From Bradymonadia bacterium (GTDB lineage Bacteria > Myxococcota_A > Bradymonadia > UBA7976 > UBA1532), in contig JBILLN010000005.1 in NCBI GenBank assembly GCA_044376085.1, forward strand, positions 1,125 through 65,124: a stretch of 64,000 nucleotides of DNA, written 5' to 3'. Positions 9,321 through 16,972 of this stretch are shown piece by piece. Under the pieces are notes generated by a model, which saw only the letters and a list, made by a program, of their open reading frames with translations, did not search any database and was not told the origin of the DNA. The stretch's first letter is position 1. The number at the start of each line of letters is the position of its first letter. The position numbers were made by a program, and so were the translations under genes.

Positions 9321-10135
9321 CGAATGGCCTCTTCGCCACGACGCGCCGCCAGGTTTCCGAACGCCAGGAATCCCGAGATCGTCAGCACGATGGCCGCCGC
9401 GGGCACCAGCCAGGGCCACGCCGAATCCGGCGGAAGGGAGCGCACCTGCGCGACCATGTTGCCCCACGACGGATCCGGCTCCTGAACGCCGTAGTCCCCC
9501 AGGTAGGAGAGACCGGTTTCCACGAAAAGCACGTACCCGAACACGAACGCGGCCTGTCGGACCATGATCGGCCAGCACTGCAACCACAGGATGTGATAGA
9601 CGATCACCCAGACAGGCCTGAATCCATGCGCGATGTGTGCGAGGATGTAGTCCTCGGAGCCGAGCGCTTCGACCTTTCGCCGAATGACGGTCGCGACCGT
9701 GGGAATGAAGAGCACCCCGGCGACGAAGGCGATCAGCGTCACGGACGGATTCCGGATCGTGCAGACCAGAATGATGAAGACGAGCCGGGGCAGCGTATCC
9801 AGGAGTTGGAGCGCACCGGCGATGACGGCGCGAACCGGTCCGGTCGCGTAACCGGCCACGGCGCCGGCCAACGCGCCAATGAAAACGGCGATCGCGGCGG
9901 CCATGAGACCGGGCAGAAAGAAGGCTTCCGTCCCCTTCACGAGACGCATCGCCACGTCCCGGCCCTGCTCGTCCGTGCCCAGGACATGCGCGCCGGAGGG
10001 GACCTCCAGGACGCGGTCGTACGAGACCGCATCCGCCGGTTCGTACGGGATGAACGGCGCGATGCTGCCGAGCAGCACGACCACCAGGACGATCGAGCCG
10101 CTCAACCAGAGACCGAGGCGCGAGAAGCTACCCAT
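9317..10135 (-). CDS. ABC transporter permease (DppC/OppC-like)
   Basis: Multi-pass hydrophobic protein of about 272 aa with a BPD-transporter-like core. It overlaps the DppB-like gene by 8 nt. Confidence 0.85.
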   Translation of the reverse strand: MGSFSRLGLWLSGSIVLVVVLLGSIAPFIPYEPADAVSYDRVLEVPSGAHVLGTDEQGRDVAMRLVKGTEAFFLPGLMAAAIAVFIGALAGAVAGYATGPVRAVIAGALQLLDTLPRLVFIILVCTIRNPSVTLIAFVAGVLFIPTVATVIRRKVEALGSEDYILAHIAHGFRPVWVIVYHILWLQCWPIMVRQAAFVFGYVLFVETGLSYLGDYGVQEPDPSWGNMVAQVRSLPPDSAWPWLVPAAAIVLTISGFLAFGNLAARRGEEAIR

Positions 10136-11120
10136 TCCGGGCGACCTCGCGAGGGTCGACAGCGGCGCGGACGACGTCCGCGACGAGGTTCATCACGATG
10201 ATGGCGAACGTGAAGAGAACGCTGAGCCCGACGACGACCGGGAAATCGCGCTGCTTCGAGGCCTCGAGCAGCAGGTAGCCGGCGCCGTCCAGGGTGAAGA
10301 CGTACTCGACGATGACGACGCCCCCCAGGACGACCGGCAGGCGTGCGGCGAATGCCGAGACGAACGGTACCACCAGGTTGCGAAACGTATGCGGAAGCGT
10401 CGAAGCCCCCTTCGACCGGATGGCCGCGATGAACTGCGCATTCCGGACGGCCAGAATCTCGGCGCGAACGGTATTGAGCATGTCCATGAAGAGTCCGTCG
10501 CCGGCGACGAGCACCAAACCGGCAAAGAAATAGGGCATCACGGACTCCGAATAGATGGGGATCGGGTACCACGGAGGGGTCTCGTACCCTGCGTCTTCGA
10601 CGAACCGCCGAACGAACGCATTCATCCCCTGCGAGAAGAAGATGGCGGCCACGAAGGCCGGCGCAGCCGTCAGAAAATACAGGAGTCCCGTCAACCACTG
10701 TTGCCGCGGCGACGGCTCCCCGAGTGCCACCGCGAGCGCCGTGGCGAGGAAGAGGCACAGGAGGAGCGCCCCGCCGCTCAGCAGCAGCGTCAGCTTGAAC
10801 GCCGGCCGTGCGATGGTCATCACCTGCTCGCCCGGAGCGAAGACCAGCGACTCACCGAAGTCCCCCGTCGCCGACCGACCCAACCAGGTCACGTACCCCG
10901 CGACCGGTGGCTGGTCGAGACCGAAGTCCGCCGCGAGCTTCTCTTTGACCTCAGGCGGCGTCCCCATCGGCGTGATGGCGTCAATGGCGTCACCGGGCGC
11001 CGACCGGATCGTGAAGTAGATCAGGAACGACGCGCCGACGAGCAACAAGAGACCCCCCGCCAGTCGACGCCCGGCCATGAGGACCAGGCCGAGCAGTCGG
11101 TTCAAGGGGAGAGCTCCCAC
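10128..11120 (-). CDS. ABC transporter permease (DppB/OppB-like)
   Basis: The N-terminus NRLLGLVL...FLIYFTIRSAPGDA resembles the DppB N-terminus. The protein has six or more predicted TM segments. It overlaps the binding-protein gene by 19 nt. Confidence 0.8.
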   Translation of the reverse strand: MGALPLNRLLGLVLMAGRRLAGGLLLLVGASFLIYFTIRSAPGDAIDAITPMGTPPEVKEKLAADFGLDQPPVAGYVTWLGRSATGDFGESLVFAPGEQVMTIARPAFKLTLLLSGGALLLCLFLATALAVALGEPSPRQQWLTGLLYFLTAAPAFVAAIFFSQGMNAFVRRFVEDAGYETPPWYPIPIYSESVMPYFFAGLVLVAGDGLFMDMLNTVRAEILAVRNAQFIAAIRSKGASTLPHTFRNLVVPFVSAFAARLPVVLGGVVIVEYVFTLDGAGYLLLEASKQRDFPVVVGLSVLFTFAIIVMNLVADVVRAAVDPREVARNG

Positions 11121-12658
11121 TCCGGGAACGAGGTGAAGTAGTAGAAGGGCTGGATATAGACGTTCCGGACCTTCTTGCTGATGCCCGAGTAGATGTCGAG
11201 GGACCAGAGGAAGTAGTACGGGAGGTCCTGGGCGAGCAGCGCGTGGAGCTGCTTCATCATTTCCTTGTACTTCTTGTAGTCCTTGGTCGCCTTGGCGGTG
11301 TCGAGCAGCGTGTCGACGTCCGCATTATTGTATCCGATGAAGTTCATCGGTCCCTTGCTGTGGAACAGCGGGTAGACGTCCTCGACCTCTTCGAACGACC
11401 AGATGTTCAGCGTCAGGTCGAACTTGCGACGGGTGAAGACCTGGTCGCGATAGCGGGCGTGGTCGACGTAGGTCGGCCGGGTCGTCACGCCGATCTTCTT
11501 GAGCTGCGCCTGAATGCCGAGGAAGAGAGCCTGGTTGCTGGCGAGTTCCTTGTCCATGACGAACTCGAAGTCGAGCTTGAGCTTGCCCTTCATCCGGACA
11601 TCGCCCTTCTTCTTCCACCCGGCGTCTTCGAGCAGCTGATTCGCCCGTTCGAGATCGACCGCGGCCTTCTCCACCTGGAAGTTGTAGAACGGGCTCGACT
11701 CGGTGAACGGCCCCGTCAAGATGTCGCCCCGACCCAGGTGAGCCTCCAGCAGCTCTTCGCGGTCGATCGCGAGGCCGATGGCCTGCCGCACGGGACGCTC
11801 GGCCAACGCCTTGTTCTCGTGGCTGTACGCCATGTACCACCAGGAGACCGTGTGGTACGGCTCGAGCACGACGGAGTCGCTGTTCTCGAAGAGGGCGATG
11901 TTCTTCGGCGGCAGGAAGATGACCGCCTGCACACCGGCCTTCACGCCCGAGTACTGGAGGAGGTTGATCTGGGCCGACTTGTCCGGCGTGTGCTGCATCT
12001 GCACTTCGCCGACCTTGGCCTGGTTCCAGTAGTCCGGATTCTGCTCGAGCGCGATGCTGCGCAGGCTGAACCCCCCCTTCTTCAGACGGAACGGCCCGGT
12101 CCCGACCGGTTCGCGCGCGAACTTGTCCTTGCGGCTGATCGCCGTGCCGGGGAAGGCGTGCTTCGGGATGATCTTCAGCGAGATGAACCGCTTCTCGGCC
12201 TCGGGAATCGGGCGCTCGAACGCGATGTGGACGCCGTACTGCCCCTCTGCGGTCACGTCACGGATGAAGTTGAACTTGCTCTTCGCGTTGAAGATCGTTT
12301 TCGGATCCTGTGCGGCCCGAATCGTGAAGACGACGTCCTCCGCGGTGAACGGCTCTCCGTCGTGCCACTTCACGCCTTCACGCAAGACGAAGCGAATGCC
12401 GCCCTGGTCGTCATCGACCTTCCACGAGGTCGCCAGACCCTTGTCGACGTCGCCCCGCTTGTTCTGGAAGACGAGCGAGTCGAAGATGAGTTCGACCATC
12501 CGGACGGCGCTCATGTCCTCCGCGAAGAACGGCAGCAGCGACGCCGGCCGGGTGTCCTCCGGGTAGTGGAACGTCTGCTGTGCGTTGGCGACCGTCGATC
12601 CGGGACCGAAGAACACGCCGAGGGCAATCGCGATGCGACCGAGAGTGCGCTGGAACAT
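11102..12658 (-). CDS. Periplasmic peptide-binding protein, SBP family 5 (DppA/OppA-like)
   Basis: 518 aa with a signal peptide MFQRTLGRIAIALGVFFGPGSTVANA. The length and conserved blocks (GVKWHDGEPFTAEDVVFT, GTGPFRL) are typical of family-5 binding proteins. Confidence 0.85.
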   Translation of the reverse strand: MFQRTLGRIAIALGVFFGPGSTVANAQQTFHYPEDTRPASLLPFFAEDMSAVRMVELIFDSLVFQNKRGDVDKGLATSWKVDDDQGGIRFVLREGVKWHDGEPFTAEDVVFTIRAAQDPKTIFNAKSKFNFIRDVTAEGQYGVHIAFERPIPEAEKRFISLKIIPKHAFPGTAISRKDKFAREPVGTGPFRLKKGGFSLRSIALEQNPDYWNQAKVGEVQMQHTPDKSAQINLLQYSGVKAGVQAVIFLPPKNIALFENSDSVVLEPYHTVSWWYMAYSHENKALAERPVRQAIGLAIDREELLEAHLGRGDILTGPFTESSPFYNFQVEKAAVDLERANQLLEDAGWKKKGDVRMKGKLKLDFEFVMDKELASNQALFLGIQAQLKKIGVTTRPTYVDHARYRDQVFTRRKFDLTLNIWSFEEVEDVYPLFHSKGPMNFIGYNNADVDTLLDTAKATKDYKKYKEMMKQLHALLAQDLPYYFLWSLDIYSGISKKVRNVYIQPFYYFTSFPEWELSP

Positions 12659-12685
12659 GGGACGAAGGACTCCTTTGGAACTCGA

Positions 12686-14257
12686 TCACTGGCCCGACGC
12701 GGCGCCGCCTTCCTGATCCATCGCACGGATGGTCAGAAGGTCACGCAGCATGTCCGCCGCAGCCGCGACCGCCGGAAAACGCTCGGCGAGGCGGCTGAAG
12801 TATTTGAGTGCGACGCGCGGTCGCCCGATGCGAACGTTTTCTCTGGCAGCCCGCGCCAGGGCGGCGACGCCGTTGCGCGGAGAGGGCGCGAACGCCGCGC
12901 TCTTGTCCTCGGCGTTCTCCAGATGCTTCAGGGCGACCTCGGGTGCTCCGCCGGACGAGGCCGCCTCGGCGAAGCGTCGCTCCACGGCATCCGCGTACCG
13001 CTCGACGAGGTTGAGCGCCGCCACGTCGGCCGCGCCCTTCGCTTCGGCCCCCAGGGCATCGATCTCCGCCCCGACGGTGCGGGCCAGCAACGCGCGGTCT
13101 TCGGGGAACGCTCCGGCATCGAGAGCGCCGCCGGTGGCCGTGGACGCCCAGGTCTTCAGGACCCGGTGGCCGATCGTGTCCGTCGGGAGTCCGGCCACAT
13201 CGGCCTTCGCCCCTTCGGCGTCCCCGGAAGCATGTCGAGCCCGAGCGAGCAACGCCCGCGCCTCCAGCGCGAGGTCCGCCCCCGAGAGCGCGTCCGTCAG
13301 GACGAGGTCGGCGAGCGGGGCCTCCGCCGGTGGTGCCGCGACGAGGGGTTCGAGTACGGTCTTCGCCTCGGCCGACCGACCGAGAAGCAGCAGGGCCCGC
13401 GCCTTGTGCAAGGCGGCCCAGCCCGGCGCCGGCCCGAGCGCTTCGAGCGCCCGCGTGGCGTGAACGCGCACGCCGAGATCGGCCAGTGCCGGGTCACGGA
13501 AGGAAACGGCGCCCTCACCCGGTCCGACGACGACATCCGGGGCGTTGGGCGGGATCTTCTCGAAGCGTGCGACGGCCTCCGTGGAGCGTCCGGCGGCGGT
13601 CAGGGCCGCGACGGCGAGTCGCGCCCCGTACTCCGGGGTCGCCCCGGGCGGGAGCGGTGCGTCCAGGCCTTCGACCTTGCCGGCCAGCAGCGCTGCGAGG
13701 GGACCCGTCGCCCCCGCTTTGGAGGCGGCGACGAGCGCGGCCAGCGGGCCGTCGGTCGCGAGGGCGCTCAGGTCCGGTGGACGGCCCGCACGGGTCGCCA
13801 GTCGTGCGCGCATCCACACGCGCCACGCGGCCCCTTCCGCGCCACCGGCGTCCGTCTTGGCTTCGGCGAGGCGTTCGGTGAGATCGGCCACGACCATCGC
13901 GACCGCGTCGTGCGCGGCCGCCAATTCGAGCGCGGCACGGGCTGCCCCCGTGCGCACCGGGTCGCCGGGCGGGGCCGTGCGAACCCCGGCCTCGAACGCT
14001 TCCAACGCGCCGGCCGGGTCGGACGTGAAGAGCTTGCCCCACCCCGGATTGGACTGGGCGAGCGTACCCAAAGCCGTCGCGTCCTTCGCCACGGCCAGCA
14101 CCCAGCTCTCGCGAACCCGGGCGCGGTCTGCGGACACGTCCACCGCAGGGGCGGAGGGCGCGCCACCCGGTGGACGTGCGGCCCGCTCCGTGCAGCCCGG
14201 ACCGACACCGACCAAGAGAGCGGCGGTCAGAGCGACGCGCCGGACGGAAGGCTTCAT
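12686..14257 (-). CDS. Ala-rich helical (TPR-like) lipoprotein
   Basis: ATG at 14257 gives MKPSVRRVALTAALLVGVGPGC, a lipobox. The composition is highly Ala/Leu-rich and helical-repeat-like. The upstream gene lies 5 nt away. The track ORF has a 5' over-extension. Confidence 0.6.
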   Translation of the reverse strand: MKPSVRRVALTAALLVGVGPGCTERAARPPGGAPSAPAVDVSADRARVRESWVLAVAKDATALGTLAQSNPGWGKLFTSDPAGALEAFEAGVRTAPPGDPVRTGAARAALELAAAHDAVAMVVADLTERLAEAKTDAGGAEGAAWRVWMRARLATRAGRPPDLSALATDGPLAALVAASKAGATGPLAALLAGKVEGLDAPLPPGATPEYGARLAVAALTAAGRSTEAVARFEKIPPNAPDVVVGPGEGAVSFRDPALADLGVRVHATRALEALGPAPGWAALHKARALLLLGRSAEAKTVLEPLVAAPPAEAPLADLVLTDALSGADLALEARALLARARHASGDAEGAKADVAGLPTDTIGHRVLKTWASTATGGALDAGAFPEDRALLARTVGAEIDALGAEAKGAADVAALNLVERYADAVERRFAEAASSGGAPEVALKHLENAEDKSAAFAPSPRNGVAALARAARENVRIGRPRVALKYFSRLAERFPAVAAAADMLRDLLTIRAMDQEGGAASGQ

Positions 14258-14262
14258 CCCGC

Positions 14263-15972
14263 TCAGAGCTCCAGACCGTTCTTCATCTCTTCGAGTTTCT
14301 TCATCTTGGCTTCGGCCGACGCGACGCCGCCGGGATCCGTCCCGCGCGCGATCGTGGCGTAGCGCTCCCACTGACGAAGCGCTTTGTCAATCAGGGAGAC
14401 GTTCGCCTTCTTCGGATCGTCGCTGTACTGGCGTTGGAACTCGAACTCGTACATTTCGGCGTAGAACTTGAAAGCGTCGTCCTTGAGATCGGCGGGCAGA
14501 TTCCGGATGTTCTCGTCCACCCGCTGCATGGTGCTCAAGGCCTTCCGGTAGTTGTTCGACTGGGCGTAGGACTTGGCAAGCGAAAGCAAGATGGTCGGGT
14601 CGCGCTTGTACCGCCCGCTGGTCGTGGCGACTTCGAGTTCCTCCGCCTGCCGGCGATAGTCTTTGTTCTTGTGGTGGTAGTCGGCCATGAGCCGATGGGC
14701 CTCGTAGTAGCCAGGGTGCGTCCGGTCGATCTGGCCGAGGAACTCCATGTCCGCCCGCGTCAGGACCTTGGACTGGCCGAGGCGACCCTGGATCTCGTCG
14801 AGCTTGCCGTCGATCTCCTCTTTGGACATCGTCGCGGCGCTCGGGCCACCCGCCGAAAGGGCAACGCCGCCGCGCTGTGCGGCCTTGGGGTCGACCGTGT
14901 CGCCGCCATCGTTCATCAACCCGCCGAGTTCCGTCGACTCGCGCGGCGCCTTGGGGGTCGCGACGCGCGGGGCCTCGACGACCGGGGGCGGCGGGGCGGC
15001 GGGTTCGTCGGGCAGCAGGTCATCGATGCCGGGCGCTTCGTCCCGCGGCGGCGGGGTCGGCGGCGCGACCGCGACGACCGGCGGCGGGGGCTCACGCTCC
15101 GGCGGCGGCTCGAACGCCGGCTCGGGGGCGATGTCGACCGAACCGGAGTTGCCACGAGACGCCGCGCGAGGCGCCGGCGTCGGCGCGGCGGCGACGGCCC
15201 ACGGATCGGGCTGGGCCTCGGCCGGTGGGGGGGTGGGCGCGGCCTCCGCGACGACCGCCTCGGGGGCCGGCGTCGGCACCGCAGGTTCTGTCGCCGGAGC
15301 TGCGGCGACCTCGACCGGCGCGGCGCCCGAGGGACCATCGGCGACCGGCCCGGTCCGAAGGGCCGAGAGAAGATAGACTTCGTCGTCCTCGGAGAACGTG
15401 CCCCGGAAGACGGCCGTGCCGGCCGACGCGACGAACTGGGCTCCGGGAACCCCGGAGATCTTGACCAGGGCGTCGCCCCCCGGGCCGGTCTTCCCGACCG
15501 CGACGTCGTTCACCTTGATGGGCGTACCCTCGGGCTCGGCCCGGACCATCAAGAGGAAGTCGCGCTCCGGACGCTGCAGCTCGGCGCGGAAATCGATCTG
15601 CAACGGGCGTCCGTCCGCCGGGTACTGGATCTTGACCTGCCACCGGCTCTGGTCGGGATTGGGCGGAACACTGTACCCCTCGGGTGCTTCGACGTTGAAC
15701 GTCAGCGTGTCGCCGTTCTTCGCCGGGTACTTGCCGGCGAATTTGCCCTCTTGGTCCGTGATGCCGAACTTCTTGTTGTTGATGTAGAAGCGAACGCTCT
15801 CGACCGGTTTGCTCTGCAAGTCGACCGTGGAGACGTTGAGCAGCACTTCCTGCTGGGGCGGCGGGGCGGCCGGTTTCTCTTTGCACCCACCGACCACCAT
15901 CAACGCCGTCAAGGCGAAGAGCACGAGAGCGGACGTGGCGCGCACGGGCAGGTTCGGAGTCGTCGTATTCAT
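14263..15972 (-). CDS. Lipoprotein with an N-terminal beta-sandwich-like domain, a Pro-rich linker and a C-terminal helical domain
   Basis: MNTTTPNLPVRATSALVLFALTALMVVGGC is a lipobox. The linker is about 120 aa and P/A-rich. The C-terminus is helical and Tyr-rich, and TPR-like. Confidence 0.65.
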   Translation of the reverse strand: MNTTTPNLPVRATSALVLFALTALMVVGGCKEKPAAPPPQQEVLLNVSTVDLQSKPVESVRFYINNKKFGITDQEGKFAGKYPAKNGDTLTFNVEAPEGYSVPPNPDQSRWQVKIQYPADGRPLQIDFRAELQRPERDFLLMVRAEPEGTPIKVNDVAVGKTGPGGDALVKISGVPGAQFVASAGTAVFRGTFSEDDEVYLLSALRTGPVADGPSGAAPVEVAAAPATEPAVPTPAPEAVVAEAAPTPPPAEAQPDPWAVAAAPTPAPRAASRGNSGSVDIAPEPAFEPPPEREPPPPVVAVAPPTPPPRDEAPGIDDLLPDEPAAPPPPVVEAPRVATPKAPRESTELGGLMNDGGDTVDPKAAQRGGVALSAGGPSAATMSKEEIDGKLDEIQGRLGQSKVLTRADMEFLGQIDRTHPGYYEAHRLMADYHHKNKDYRRQAEELEVATTSGRYKRDPTILLSLAKSYAQSNNYRKALSTMQRVDENIRNLPADLKDDAFKFYAEMYEFEFQRQYSDDPKKANVSLIDKALRQWERYATIARGTDPGGVASAEAKMKKLEEMKNGLEL

Positions 15973-15991
15973 GGCTTGGCTGCCCGTCCCG

Positions 15992-16423
15992 TCAATTGCC
16001 GATGACCGGCGTGGAGGTCGTATCGGCTTCGAATTCCTTCTCCTGCGTCGGATCCGGGGCCGTCTCGTTGATGTCCGGTGTACGAGGCGCGAGCGTGATG
16101 TCCGGGACCTTGGTCGGTCCGCCCTCGATGGTGACCTCGTACGCGGCGTCTTCGAAGCCGAACTTGCGGACCTTGATCTTGTAGACGCCGGCGGGAATCG
16201 GCTCCGTCTCTCCGGACTCGTTCAGCCGCTGGCGCAGGGTGAAGAAACCACGGTTATTGGTCATGACGACGTCGGTCTCGGGCTCGGTGAAGATCTCGGC
16301 CTTCGAGACTGCGCTGCCCTTCTGGTCGAGAACACGTCCGGTCAGCGACACGGGCTGCGAGCCGCACGCGACGAGCGTCAGGAGGGCGGCCCAGAGGCCG
16401 GTCACGCGGAGAATGGCGTTCAT
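15992..16423 (-). CDS. Small lipoprotein with a carboxypeptidase-regulatory-like (CarbopepD_reg/PEGA-like) beta-sandwich
   Basis: MNAILRVTGLWAALLTLVACGS is a lipobox. LTGRVLDQKGSAVSKAEIF...GVYKIKVRKFGF is typical of the fold. Confidence 0.6.
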   Translation of the reverse strand: MNAILRVTGLWAALLTLVACGSQPVSLTGRVLDQKGSAVSKAEIFTEPETDVVMTNNRGFFTLRQRLNESGETEPIPAGVYKIKVRKFGFEDAAYEVTIEGGPTKVPDITLAPRTPDINETAPDPTQEKEFEADTTSTPVIGN

Positions 16424-16433
16424 GGCGGCGCTC

Positions 16434-16904
16434 CTACTGCTTCATCCGCTGACCGATGACGCTCATCGCGTACTCCACGGTCAGGTCGCGGGGGTCGAGA
16501 TCACGGAGGCTGGCGAGGTGGTCGTAGGCATCCGTCAACTTGCCGTCGATCGACGCCTGGACCGCCTTGCCGAGCAGGTCCTGCCGGAGTCGGGCAATCT
16601 CGGGAGCACCATTCGCCTGGGCGATGCGGTTTCCGATCTCCTGCAGCAGGTCCGGTGCATCGTTCTGAAGCTTGCGGCCCGTGATGAGCAGGTAGGCGCG
16701 CGCGTACTTCTTCAGCCCTTGCGAAAGCATGTCTGCCTTCTTGTCGGCACGCGCTTTCGCCGCGTCGTCGAGCAGCGCGCGGCCCTCGTCGGCCATTGCC
16801 TTGGCATCTTCGACGGGTCCGGCGAAGGCCGGCACCGCGAAGAACGCGAGGCCGAGGACGAGCGCGCAGCGAACGGGCACTGAACGTGGAGAGCGCAAAC
16901 GCAT
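16434..16904 (-). CDS. Small secreted helical protein
   Basis: Signal peptide MRLRSPRSVPVRCALVLGLAFFAVPAFA. It lies 10 nt upstream of the next gene. Confidence 0.5.
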   Translation of the reverse strand: MRLRSPRSVPVRCALVLGLAFFAVPAFAGPVEDAKAMADEGRALLDDAAKARADKKADMLSQGLKKYARAYLLITGRKLQNDAPDLLQEIGNRIAQANGAPEIARLRQDLLGKAVQASIDGKLTDAYDHLASLRDLDPRDLTVEYAMSVIGQRMKQ

Positions 16905-16972
16905 CGAAACTCCTTGGAAACCGACAGGCGACGTTAATTCACGGCCCCCGGAGAGTCAACGACCCCACCGGC

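Noticed and set aside
11243-14362. 1039-aa plus-strand ORF
   Set aside because: Antisense to the dppA-like gene and the Ala-rich lipoprotein gene. No motifs. It is a shadow ORF.
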